This document shows positions 49,085 through 57,623 of a stretch of DNA of 64,000 nucleotides, piece by piece. Location: assembly GCA_045653035.1 (NCBI GenBank), contig JAZOLO010000008.1:73067-137066 (forward strand). Direction: 5' to 3'. Each line of letters begins with the position of its first letter. Position 1 is the first letter of the stretch. Both the position numbers and the translations under genes were made by a program. This DNA comes from Eubacteriales bacterium (GTDB lineage Bacteria; Bacillota; Clostridia; Oscillospirales; SIG627). Under the pieces are notes generated by a model. It ran no database searches. It was not told where the DNA came from and saw nothing but the letters and a program-made list of their open reading frames with translations.

Positions 49085-51130
49085 TTAAGCCACCGTTTTT
49101 ATTTTTTTGAGAGTAGCTTCTTCCTTGAGCTTTTTGTTCGCTCTTATGCTAAGAAAAGCTATTATCAATGCAAATACTGCTATCGCAACAAATCCGAGAA
49201 CGGCAGGAATCACTGCAAGGCTCTTGGGTGCAGTTATAAGAGTTCCGACAGTGTATACCAAATAACTCGCAGTAAAGCCTATGCCCAGCTGAAATCCTAT
49301 TCCGCCCCAAAGCCATTTCGCACTCTTCATTTCGGCATTCATAGCACCGATAGCCGCAAAGCAAGGAGGCGTATAAAGGTTAAACATAAGATATGCAAGT
49401 GCCGCAACCTTTGTGATTGCCATAATACCTGCAACCTCTGCACCCGTACCTTCCAGCATAGCCAGTTCGTCCATGTCGATAAGGTTTTCAAGACCGACAA
49501 AGCAAACAGCAAGCGTTCCGACAACGTTTTCTTTAGCAATAAATCCCGTAATAGCTGCAGCTGCCATTTGCCATGAAAGTACCCCGATAACTGGAAGAAG
49601 AAGATAAGCAAAAGGAGAAGCTATAGATGCAAGAATTGAAGCGTCAGCACTTTCTGCAATCTCAAAGCTCCATGTGAAGCTTTGCATCAACTGTACCGCC
49701 ATATTGCAAAGGAGGATAATCGTAGCGGCTTTTACGATATAAGCCCAACCTCGACTGCACATAGACTTAAATGCACCCAAAAAAGAAGGAGTCTTGTATG
49801 CGGGAAGCTCTATGATAAAGAAGGTTTTTTTTGCACGGTATCCCGTAATAAGATTGATAATGAGTGCACCTATGAAAATAAGTGCAATGCCTGCAAAATA
49901 CATCAATGCACTAACCCACCAAGCGTTGTCAAAAAATGCACCTGCAAAAAGAGATATGACGGGAATTTTTGCACCGCATGGCATAAAAGGTGCAAGCATC
50001 GCGGTTGCTCTTCTTTCGCGTTCATTACGTATCGTACGGCTTGCCATAATACCTGGGACAGCACATCCGACTGTAATTACAAAAGGAATAACAGATTTAC
50101 CCGAAAGACCTACTCTTTTAAAAATGGGGTCAAGAACAACGGCTGCACGTGACATATATCCGCAATCCTCAAGAAGTGCAATAAGAAAATACATAACCAT
50201 AACAAGAGGAAGGAAGCCTACTACGGCAACCACGCCCCCAATTACGCCGTCAACAAGAATAGCGGAAATAAGAGGATTTGCATCACCAAATAATTCGCCT
50301 ACCCAGCTCTGAAAGCCTTCAAGGAGCGGAACAAGTCCGGGGATAAACGTTCCGTTCTCAAATTCGTAGCCGTCGGCAATCCACGCCCCCAGCGTGCTTT
50401 GAGAAATATAGAACACCAGAAACATAACGACTGCAAAAATCGGAATGCCAAGCCATTTATTCGTAAGCACTGAGTCTATCTTATCTCCGACATTCTTATC
50501 CTTGGTAAGAACCTTACGTATTTCAACCTCTTTTACGATGGCATTAACAAACTCAAAACGCCTACGGTCTGCCTCCTCCGCCTCTGCCCTATTAGTAAGG
50601 TCGATATCTTCCTGTACGTATGGCGCGGTTTGCTCTTTACCTGCTTGTGCTACAGCAGATTCAATAAGCACCTTTAAGCCGTCTGCCGAAGTTGAAACGG
50701 TTTTTACTATCGGACAGCCAAGCCTTTGTGACAGAGCATCAACGTCGATACTGTTTCCTTTCTTTTTACCGATATCACTCTTGTTGAGAGCAACAACCAT
50801 AGGTATTCCAAGCTCCAGAAGCTGTGTGGTAAAGAAAAGACTACGGCTCAAATTATCAGCATCTACAATATTTATTATAACGTCGGGGGTTTCGTTTCTG
50901 ACGTATGAGCTGGTTACGCCTTCCTCGCTTGTAAACGGAGACATCGAGTATGCACCGGGAAGGTCAACGGCAATAATATGTTCACTTCCTGCATACGCCT
51001 TTTTTATCGTATTCTCCTTCTTGTCTACCGTAACACCTGCCCAGTTTCCGACCTTTTCATTTCTTCCGGTCAGAGCATTATACATTGTGGTCTTACCAGA
51101 GTTTGGATTTCCTGTTAAAGCAATTCTCAT
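49085..51130 (-). CDS. feoB: Ferrous iron transporter FeoB
   Basis: The N-terminal G domain GNPNSGKTT plus DLPG is followed by a large polytopic domain. Confidence 0.9.
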   Translation of the reverse strand: MRIALTGNPNSGKTTMYNALTGRNEKVGNWAGVTVDKKENTIKKAYAGSEHIIAVDLPGAYSMSPFTSEEGVTSSYVRNETPDVIINIVDADNLSRSLFFTTQLLELGIPMVVALNKSDIGKKKGNSIDVDALSQRLGCPIVKTVSTSADGLKVLIESAVAQAGKEQTAPYVQEDIDLTNRAEAEEADRRRFEFVNAIVKEVEIRKVLTKDKNVGDKIDSVLTNKWLGIPIFAVVMFLVFYISQSTLGAWIADGYEFENGTFIPGLVPLLEGFQSWVGELFGDANPLISAILVDGVIGGVVAVVGFLPLVMVMYFLIALLEDCGYMSRAAVVLDPIFKRVGLSGKSVIPFVITVGCAVPGIMASRTIRNERERRATAMLAPFMPCGAKIPVISLFAGAFFDNAWWVSALMYFAGIALIFIGALIINLITGYRAKKTFFIIELPAYKTPSFLGAFKSMCSRGWAYIVKAATIILLCNMAVQLMQSFTWSFEIAESADASILASIASPFAYLLLPVIGVLSWQMAAAAITGFIAKENVVGTLAVCFVGLENLIDMDELAMLEGTGAEVAGIMAITKVAALAYLMFNLYTPPCFAAIGAMNAEMKSAKWLWGGIGFQLGIGFTASYLVYTVGTLITAPKSLAVIPAVLGFVAIAVFALIIAFLSIRANKKLKEEATLKKIKTVA

Positions 51131-51186
51131 CTATATAGCCTCCTGATTATTAACTATATATATTATCGTATTAAGTTACAAAATGC

Positions 51187-51204
51187 AGTTAGCAATGGCT
51201 AACT
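51187..51204. promoter_or_regulatory. Palindromic box AGTTAGC-N4-GCTAACT (copy 2, feoA-feoB spacer)
   Basis: It shares 7 bp perfect inverted arms with the box at 51493-51510. Confidence 0.5.
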
Positions 51205-51247
51205 GATTGGTTGAAAAAAACAAGCCAACGCTCATTTTAGCATAAAT

Positions 51248-51460
51248 TCAAATGATGATGGCTTTTGCGAGCTGAGCATCAATGCTATACCGTGCATCTT
51301 TTATAGAAACAGTGCAACCTCCCTTGCGGTGTGCAATCACTGTTATAGGCTCACCCGCATAACAACCGAGAGAAAAAAGAAAAGCATTCAGCTCCTCGTC
51401 GTCTGTTTCGATACTTTTAATTATGTATTCAACGCCTTCTTTGGCTTCGCTTAAATTCAT
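51248..51460 (-). CDS. feoA: FeoA-family iron transport protein
   Basis: It is a 70 aa SH3-like FeoA located upstream of feoB. Confidence 0.85.
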   Translation of the reverse strand: MNLSEAKEGVEYIIKSIETDDEELNAFLFSLGCYAGEPITVIAHRKGGCTVSIKDARYSIDAQLAKAIII

Positions 51461-51492
51461 ATCCCGTCTCCGTCAAATAGTGTACAATCGCT

Positions 51493-51510
51493 AGTTAGCA
51501 TCGGCTAACT
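51493..51510. promoter_or_regulatory. Palindromic box AGTTAGC-N4-GCTAACT (copy 1), candidate metalloregulator operator
   Basis: It lies 15 nt downstream of the predicted feoA -10 box. Confidence 0.5.
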
Positions 51511-51525
51511 GTCTTCCTACTTGGT

Positions 51526-51554
51526 ATATTACACCAAGTTAGCTCATTTGTCAA
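51526..51554 (-). promoter_or_regulatory. feoA promoter
   Basis: TTGACA-N17-TAATAT on the minus strand. Confidence 0.6.
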
Positions 51555-51583
51555 GAGATTTTTCAAAAATACTTTTTCCTATG

Positions 51584-51620
51584 AAAAAGGTTGGCAGATT
51601 TGAACATCTGCCAACCTTTT
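51584..51620 (-). terminator. Intrinsic terminator after the APC permease
   Basis: aaggttggcagat-N6-atctgccaacctt followed by TTTTTC on the minus strand. Confidence 0.8.
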
Positions 51621-51635
51621 ACAAGTTATTTTAAT

Positions 51636-53042
51636 TTAATCTTCTGTGTTTTCGGGCTGATTTTTAGACTTTCTCAAAAGAGCACCAACTACCATTATAA
51701 CTGCGAAAAGAATGAGGTAGAAAAGAACAGGGAACGAGAAGGTTCCGTTTGCCTTTGCTGTGAGGAAGGGTGTTACACCGTGTGCATATACTGCCGCGAA
51801 CACCATGAAGACACACGCTATAATTGATGCTATAGGAAGAATGAAGCGCTTGAACACTCCAAGATCCTTTTCTTTAATCATCCACGCAATGAAGATGGGG
51901 ATATACATACCGTAAATAGTAACGATAGGAAGTTCGGAGGAGTCAAAGTTGAAAAGCCCGAACCAACCGCTTGTAAGGTTTGCACCGTAGAAGTAAATAA
52001 GCCAGCATGCACAGATGAAAAGACCCCAGATAGAGGAGTTTGTCGTCATATTAGTAGCCTTGTCTACCTGACCGAACATTTCGGGACGGGGACCTTCTTT
52101 ACGTGCCGCAATAGCGTACATACCACGGGTTGCACCTACCATAAGACCGTTAAGTGTACCAAGACATGAAATAACAATACAAACGTTAAGTAAAGTTCCG
52201 CCTACTTTTCCGAAGATATTGGAGAAGGCAGTAGTTGCACCCTCGTTCATAAGAACCGCATTGGTAGCACCGCCTGCAACACCTATGTAGTAGAGAACAT
52301 AAATTGCAACAACGATAAGTGAGCCTATAATAAGTGCAAGAGGAAGATTCTTCTTGGGATTTTCGAGCTCTGCGTTAATAGAGGTTGCAACTATCCATCC
52401 CTCGTATGCGAATACTGTTGCGATAATTGCTGCAAAGAGCGCACCGCTTGTACCGCCTGCAATGTCCTTTATAACAACTTCGGTGAAGTTGGTTGTAAGA
52501 GTACCGCTGGTAAGACCTACAATTGTTCCGACGATTGCCATAAGAAGAAGTGGTATGAGCTTGATTACAGTAGCACTTACCTGGAATTTACCCGCAATCT
52601 TAGGTGAAAGAGCGTTAATAGTGTATGATGTAATAAGGAAAAATCCTGAAAGTGCAAGAACCTCTGCACTGGCAAGATGCCATCCGACAAGAACACCGAA
52701 GTATCTTGCAGATACCCATGCAAGAACCGAGGTCATGCCGGGGTAGTAAATGTTTACCATGAACCATGCAAGATAGTAAGCATAGCCTTTTCCGCAGGTT
52801 GCTTCTGCATAGTCAACTACACCGCTTACCTTCTCGTACTTGGTTGCCATTGTTGCAAACTGGAGTGAGCAAATAATCATGAGGAAGCCTGTGATAACCC
52901 AAGCGGCAATACCAAGAGGCATGTTTCCGCCTGTTGCGTTCAGAACGTTTTGTGCCTTAAAGAAGACACCTGAGCCGATTACGGTACCAACTACCATACA
53001 AATAGCGGTAATAAGACCGTATTTTCTTGTTAATTTTTCCAT
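51636..53042 (-). CDS. APC-superfamily amino acid permease
   Basis: It has 12 TM segments and the N-terminal motif VVGTVIGSGVFFK. Confidence 0.8.
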   Translation of the reverse strand: MEKLTRKYGLITAICMVVGTVIGSGVFFKAQNVLNATGGNMPLGIAAWVITGFLMIICSLQFATMATKYEKVSGVVDYAEATCGKGYAYYLAWFMVNIYYPGMTSVLAWVSARYFGVLVGWHLASAEVLALSGFFLITSYTINALSPKIAGKFQVSATVIKLIPLLLMAIVGTIVGLTSGTLTTNFTEVVIKDIAGGTSGALFAAIIATVFAYEGWIVATSINAELENPKKNLPLALIIGSLIVVAIYVLYYIGVAGGATNAVLMNEGATTAFSNIFGKVGGTLLNVCIVISCLGTLNGLMVGATRGMYAIAARKEGPRPEMFGQVDKATNMTTNSSIWGLFICACWLIYFYGANLTSGWFGLFNFDSSELPIVTIYGMYIPIFIAWMIKEKDLGVFKRFILPIASIIACVFMVFAAVYAHGVTPFLTAKANGTFSFPVLFYLILFAVIMVVGALLRKSKNQPENTED

Positions 53043-53118
53043 TGATTTTCTCCTAATAAATTTTTAGGGATTTGCTAATTTTAATTATAACACTTGAAAG
53101 AAAAAATGTAAAGTTTTT

Positions 53119-53472
53119 TTAAAATATAAAATAATATTTTTTGAAAATGATAAAAATGTTAAGAAATTTTGCACATATTGACGAAATCAGCATTACTCTA
53201 ATGCTCGTACAGGCGGAATCAAGATTTTTATAGAAAAGTTCAAGCCAACAACCTGTTTCGTTGGCTTCTTTGAGTGCAATTTGAAGTTTTGATATAAAGT
53301 CTGCTTTACCGTGAGCATATTGCGCTTTGCGGATGTTTGCGCCGATAGAGGTGCCGCTTCTGCCGATTTGGTTAGATATTATGGATTCTCGTTTTTCTTT
53401 AAGTGATTTTACAAGATTTATGATTTGAACTGCAAAATCTAACGACATATCTCGTAATTTGCTTTCGGACAT
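53119..53472 (-). CDS. Four-helix-bundle protein (23S rRNA intervening-sequence protein/Avd-like family), variant copy with aberrant C-terminus
   Basis: RSGTSIGANIRKAQ and KLQIALKEANET motifs are present. Relative to the copy at 57257-57607 it lacks about 13 aa and reads through into a hydrophobic tail. Confidence 0.65.
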   Translation of the reverse strand: MSESKLRDMSLDFAVQIINLVKSLKEKRESIISNQIGRSGTSIGANIRKAQYAHGKADFISKLQIALKEANETGCWLELFYKNLDSACTSIRVMLISSICAKFLNIFIIFKKYYFIF

Positions 53473-53493
53473 TTATATCACTCCTTATATTTT

Positions 53494-53522
53494 ATTATAC
53501 TACAGTTTTTAGTGAAGTGCAA
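53494..53522 (-). promoter_or_regulatory. Possible promoter between ladder 1 and its four-helix-bundle gene
   Basis: TTGCAC-N17-TATAAT on the minus strand. The -35 overlaps the last 7-mer of the ladder. Confidence 0.35.
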
Positions 53523-53683
53523 GGCTTTGCCTTACATGAAGTTATGGCTTACGCCATAATGAAGTTTTGTGTTACGCACAAAGTGAAGTTAAGTGTGCCA
53601 CCCACGCCCGCAGGCACTTCACTTGCCAAAGGCATACTTCACGCACCGAAGGTGTGCTTATCGTGCCGCAAGGCACACTTAGT
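53512..53683 (-). repeat. Hairpin ladder 1: four RTGAAGT 7-mers, then ACTTCAC x2 plus two degenerate copies, separated by unrelated short hairpins
   Basis: Plus-strand 7-mers lie at 53512, 53536, 53559 and 53583. Their complements lie at 53616 and 53636, with degenerate copies near 53657 and 53677. The intervening 13-17 nt segments are each self-complementary. Confidence 0.8.
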
Positions 53684-53685
53684 TG

Positions 53686-53719
53686 AAAAAAGACCTTGTC
53701 TTTTGACAAGGTCTTTTTT
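53686..53719 (-). terminator. Intrinsic terminator of the tRNA operon
   Basis: aaaaaagaccttgtc-N4-gacaaggtctttttt. Confidence 0.85.
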
Positions 53720-53720
53720 C

Positions 53721-53805
53721 TGGTGGGAGCGGGTGGATTCGGACCACCGAAGTCACTGACAACAGATTTACAGTCTGCCCCCTTTGGCCACTCGGGAACG
53801 CTCCC
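53721..53805 (-). tRNA. tRNA-Tyr (GTA), long variable arm, encoded CCA
   Basis: My manual cloverleaf has the acceptor stem GGGAGCG/CGCTCCC, the anticodon loop CTGTAAA and the T-arm GGTGG-TCCGAAT-CCACC. Confidence 0.85.
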
Positions 53806-53811
53806 ATGTTA

Positions 53812-53886
53812 TGGAGCTGGTGAAGGGAATCGAACCCCCAACCTGCTGATTACAAATCAGCTGCTCTACCGTTGAGCCACACCAGC
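53812..53886 (-). tRNA. tRNA-Thr (TGT), encoded CCA
   Basis: My manual cloverleaf has the acceptor stem GCTGGTG/CACCAGC, the anticodon stem-loop GCTGA-TTTGTAA-TCAGC and a TTCGATT T-loop. Confidence 0.85.
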
Positions 53887-53917
53887 AATTTTCACGCTGT
53901 CAATCGACAACGCTAGA

Positions 53918-53946
53918 ATTATATCATAACGCATTGTATTTGTCAA
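53918..53946 (-). promoter_or_regulatory. tRNA operon promoter
   Basis: TTGACA-N17-TATAAT on the minus strand. Confidence 0.65.
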
Positions 53947-53971
53947 CACTTTTTTGAAAAAAGTTTTTTAT

Positions 53972-54664
53972 TCACAAAAAGAATTTTCTCTCCACACTTT
54001 CCCTTGCCACAGGGCACATAGCAAAGAACAAAACTGTGACTCCGACTATCACCAAAGCCGACATAGGTATGAGCGACCACCATATAAATTTAATACCGAA
54101 GGTAATGCTCAAAAACAGCTCCATCAGTGGCATAAAGCCTCCTAAGGTGATAATTGCACCACCAAATATATAAAGTCTGCCACGCTTTATGAAAGTCGTT
54201 AATGCTATAACCGCTGTGGTTAAAATTCCTATTATTCCAACTACGGGAAAAGCAAAGCTTAAAAACCATTTTCCGCCTGTAAACAGATTTATAAAGAGAA
54301 GATAACCTCCCACCGTCAAAAATGATACGGGCACAAAAATCAAGGAGCATGGCTTTTTAAACCAAAACGGCAGAACAAAGCATATATATGCTGTAAGGAT
54401 AGCACCTATAACGTATGCAGACCAGGTAACAGAGCCTGATATTTCAATATCACAAAGAAAAGCAATTATGAGAGCTATAAGGAATGAAGCGCTTACTATT
54501 ACCTTAAGTCCTATATGGCTTACACTGTTTTTAGGGTATGTTTTATTCGGATACAAATCTATCGCTTCTGACATAATCAAATCGGGATGATAGAGTACTG
54601 TACCGCAAAGAGGACAAGCCTTTTCGGTGTCGGACAGCTTGACACCGCAATTTATACAATACAT
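53972..54664 (-). CDS. Zinc-ribbon domain polytopic membrane protein (function unknown)
   Basis: MYCINCGVKLSDTEKACPLCG is followed by about 6 TM segments. The ATG start has an AAAGGTG RBS and lies 5 nt after the upstream stop. Confidence 0.65.
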   Translation of the reverse strand: MYCINCGVKLSDTEKACPLCGTVLYHPDLIMSEAIDLYPNKTYPKNSVSHIGLKVIVSASFLIALIIAFLCDIEISGSVTWSAYVIGAILTAYICFVLPFWFKKPCSLIFVPVSFLTVGGYLLFINLFTGGKWFLSFAFPVVGIIGILTTAVIALTTFIKRGRLYIFGGAIITLGGFMPLMELFLSITFGIKFIWWSLIPMSALVIVGVTVLFFAMCPVARESVERKFFL

Positions 54665-54669
54665 AAAAT

Positions 54670-56835
54670 TCACCTTTCTTTCAAGTTACTTTCCACCTCA
54701 TCATGAATTTCCTGTCTTTGCAAAACGCGGTGGAAGCTCATTTCAAGCTCGGGTTCTCTTATATTCCTTATGAAGTTAACGTTTACTGTATCGCCGAAGG
54801 TAATTACACCGCAGTTATGAGGGGCGGTTGCCTGTACTCCTAAAATAAAATCAAAACGCTCAACGTAAGGCATCATTTCATCGGGCAGGTCAACCTTTCC
54901 AAGGTTCGACATGGTAATACAGGATTTCTTCTCCCCTACTGTGTCAAACACCGCTTTCATCACGGCATTTTTAACAAAAAGAGGCATTATTCTCACAAAA
55001 GGATTTTTTTCGCTGTTTACGTTAGAGGCAATTTTGGAGCTCATTTGCTTTGCCGTCACGTCAAGACCCACTCTGTGAGTAATGGCAGAGCAAATTTCCT
55101 CGAAAGTATACTCTCCAAGTCTTGGGTCTATTTCGGGAGTTGTGTAGTATGCGAAATTACGCATTGTAGTACTTCCGAAAAGCCGTCTTAAATTTACGGG
55201 CACAAGCACCTTTATGGGCTTTCGGCGTGAGAGAGTCGCTACTTTCTCCTTTTGCAGTTCAAGCAGTGCCTCCATAAGGCACGCAGTAAGATATGTATTT
55301 ACACTGACACCGTAGCTCTTAGCTTTTTCCTTCACCTCGGAAAGCGGAAGCTTGAAACAAACAAGGTTCAAAAATCCGCCGTGCTCAGGTGTTCCCCAAA
55401 GATGCCATGCGTTGCTTTCTCTTCGACTGGCGTTGACTTTACCTGCATATTTTAGAAAGCTGTCCTCAAGCTCTTCGTCACTTGGTTCTTCAAGTCTTGG
55501 GAGCACTCCCTGTTCCGCGGTAACAGAAACTCCGTATTTTTGTGAAATATATTCGGCTGTAAGGGTTTTCAGGAAGATAAGGGCTCCTGTCCCGTCTGTC
55601 AGCGAGTGGAACACCTCAAAGGCTATTCTTTTGTCGTATGCTATTACTCTAAAGGCACAGGTGGATATTTCCTTTGAAGTCATTCTTGACAAGGGGTAGC
55701 TGTTCTCATGAAGTATTTCGGGAGCGGAGCAAATCTCTTCAAGGTAGTACCAAAAAGCACCTTTTTTTAGTTTTGCTGAAATAGAGGGAAATCTGCGGAC
55801 AGTTACGTCAAGTGCAGATTTCAATATATCCCTGTCCACCTTCTCCTTCAAGGTGACGGAAACTCTGAAAACGTTACTCCAGTTCTGTCTTCTTGCGGCA
55901 GGATAAATCTTTGCAGCGTTATCAAGCTTCATCCATCGAAGCTTGTTTTCACGTGACATTACTCTGTTGAGAAAAGCATTTAAGTAGTTGAAATCACCTC
56001 TGTCCTCCTTAAGTGCATACAAAAGATACACGTGCCAACGCTCGGGTTTTATTATAAGCTGGGAATCGCATCCGAAGCGTTGAAGTAAGAGGTGCATATC
56101 CTCGGCATCGCTTTTCATTATTTCATCACCGCCCACGAAAATCAATGAGGGCGGAAATCCAGTCATATCGGAAAAGATAGGTGAAACGAGAGGATTTTTT
56201 AAATCATTAGAATAACATGAGGCATAAAATTTGAGAGACTTGTCCGACATAGTGGGATCAACGTGTCGGTTTTCATTATAAGACGCACCTGATGAGGTCA
56301 AATCTGTCCAAGGGGAGATGGCAATTACTCCCGAAGGAAGTTCCTTTTTCTCCTCCCTCAGCTTCAAAAGCAATGAATAGCAAAGACCTCCGCCCGAGCT
56401 TTCACCTGCAAGAACGATTTTATCGGGAGTATATCCCTTTGTTAAAAGATATAAATACGCCTCAAATGCATCATCGAGAGCTGCAGGGAAAGGATTTTCA
56501 GGTGCAAGTCTGTAGGCTGGTGTAAAAACTACAGTACCGCTTTCCACAGCTAAAACGCTTCCAAAGCCTTTTGCGTATTCCAAATCTCCTGCACAAAAGC
56601 CACCACCGTGAAGATAGAGTATTACTCCGCTTCTTCTCTCGTCACGAGGAATAATCCATGCGGAATTAAAGTTTTCAAACGAGTGCTCTTTGATTATAAC
56701 ACTGCTACCCGAGGAAACGGACATAAGCTCACCTATTCTGTTCTGACCACGGCGAAGAGTATCAAGTGACACCCCTGCAAGAACTGGCTTCATAATCTGA
56801 AGCTGTTTTTTTAGTGTTTTTGCTGAAATCGCCAT
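54670..56835 (-). CDS. Fusion protein: N-terminal alpha/beta-hydrolase (HGGG / GESSGG, family IV esterase-like) plus C-terminal HxxxD acyltransferase (condensation / WS-DGAT / PapA5-like)
   Basis: LYLHGGGF, AGESSGG and FHSLTDGTG motifs are present. The start was placed at MAISAK, which has an AAAGGAG RBS. Confidence 0.7.
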   Translation of the reverse strand: MAISAKTLKKQLQIMKPVLAGVSLDTLRRGQNRIGELMSVSSGSSVIIKEHSFENFNSAWIIPRDERRSGVILYLHGGGFCAGDLEYAKGFGSVLAVESGTVVFTPAYRLAPENPFPAALDDAFEAYLYLLTKGYTPDKIVLAGESSGGGLCYSLLLKLREEKKELPSGVIAISPWTDLTSSGASYNENRHVDPTMSDKSLKFYASCYSNDLKNPLVSPIFSDMTGFPPSLIFVGGDEIMKSDAEDMHLLLQRFGCDSQLIIKPERWHVYLLYALKEDRGDFNYLNAFLNRVMSRENKLRWMKLDNAAKIYPAARRQNWSNVFRVSVTLKEKVDRDILKSALDVTVRRFPSISAKLKKGAFWYYLEEICSAPEILHENSYPLSRMTSKEISTCAFRVIAYDKRIAFEVFHSLTDGTGALIFLKTLTAEYISQKYGVSVTAEQGVLPRLEEPSDEELEDSFLKYAGKVNASRRESNAWHLWGTPEHGGFLNLVCFKLPLSEVKEKAKSYGVSVNTYLTACLMEALLELQKEKVATLSRRKPIKVLVPVNLRRLFGSTTMRNFAYYTTPEIDPRLGEYTFEEICSAITHRVGLDVTAKQMSSKIASNVNSEKNPFVRIMPLFVKNAVMKAVFDTVGEKKSCITMSNLGKVDLPDEMMPYVERFDFILGVQATAPHNCGVITFGDTVNVNFIRNIREPELEMSFHRVLQRQEIHDEVESNLKER

Positions 56836-56894
56836 ACTCCGTCTCCTTTCGTTTTTATGTATTGTAGAATTCGTGCACAATTTAGATGCAAGCG

Positions 56895-57239
56895 TTATTT
56901 AATACTGTCTATCACTTTTAAATAGTTGCCTATATCTTTTGTTTCATGCCACTCTGAACAGCACTCACCTGCTTCAAGATACCACTCTGGAATTTCATCA
57001 ATAAATCTAATATGATTAAATGCTTTGAACGTAAAGTGATTACCGTTTTCATCCTCATAGTCTTTTCCTTTTGGCATATCCGGACTAATAACTGCACATA
57101 ATATTTCTTTTTCATATCCACTTAATTTAAACGAGTCACTCCATATTATGCGATAAAACAGTTCACCTTCTACATCTATTACTTTATCACTTCTTAATTT
57201 TCAAGCTTCATAAGCTTTTGTAACTTCTGACATTTTCAT
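56895..57239 (-). pseudogene. Hypothetical gene interrupted by an in-frame TGA at codon 13 (57201-57203)
   Basis: My translation is MKMSEVTKAYEA-TGA-KLRSDKVIDVEGELFYRIIW...MPKGKDYEDENG..., continuous in one frame. Only the distal 60 aa appears in the ORF track. Confidence 0.5.
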
Positions 57240-57256
57240 CACCTCAAACAGGTTCG

Positions 57257-57607
57257 TCAATTTTTCTTTGCTGTAGTTATAGAAGCAATAAGCAGTTTTC
57301 TAATTTTACTGCATTTGTCAAACATATCCGCGTACTCATCTTCAGCTATCATTTTAGTATCTTTAAAAAGTCCTAACCAGTAATCACTTTCATAACATTC
57401 TTTCAAGGCTATCTGAAACTTATTTATAAAATCTGCTTTACTCGCTGCATAATTTGCTTCGTGGATATTAGCTCCAATGCTTGTGCCACTTCTCAAAAGT
57501 TGATTTAACAGCACATTTCCTTTTCTGTTTTCCTTTATCTCTGTACACAGATTAACAATATCAACTGCAAATTGTTTTGATAAATCTACAAGTTTATTTT
57601 CTTTCAT
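57257..57607 (-). CDS. Four-helix-bundle protein (23S rRNA intervening-sequence protein/Avd-like family), intact copy
   Basis: RSGTSIGANIHEANYA and KFQIALKECYESDYWL motifs are present. It is 116 aa long with a GGAG RBS. Confidence 0.75.
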   Translation of the reverse strand: MKENKLVDLSKQFAVDIVNLCTEIKENRKGNVLLNQLLRSGTSIGANIHEANYAASKADFINKFQIALKECYESDYWLGLFKDTKMIAEDEYADMFDKCSKIRKLLIASITTAKKN

Positions 57608-57623
57608 ATCATTACTCCATTTA

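Noticed and set aside
50445-51146. 233 aa ORF on the plus strand (and other plus-strand ORFs at 49413-50312)
   Set aside because: These are antisense to feoB, are Ser/Thr/Leu-rich and are not supported.
53512-53683. CRISPR-like array interpretation of the ladders (also 57624-57808)
   Set aside because: The repeats are only 7 nt long and switch to their complement half-way. The spacers are 10-27 nt and self-complementary, and no cas genes are present.
57201-57203. TGA as selenocysteine or alternative genetic code
   Set aside because: TGA is used as an ordinary stop by neighbouring genes (e.g. glmS, the DUF1854-like gene, the hydrolase fusion). I saw no SECIS-like hairpin and no Sec machinery in the window.
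53721-57240. tRNA-targeted genomic island
   Set aside because: There is no integrase or recombinase, and I did not find a direct repeat of the tRNA 3' end. The gene content is only mildly accessory-like.
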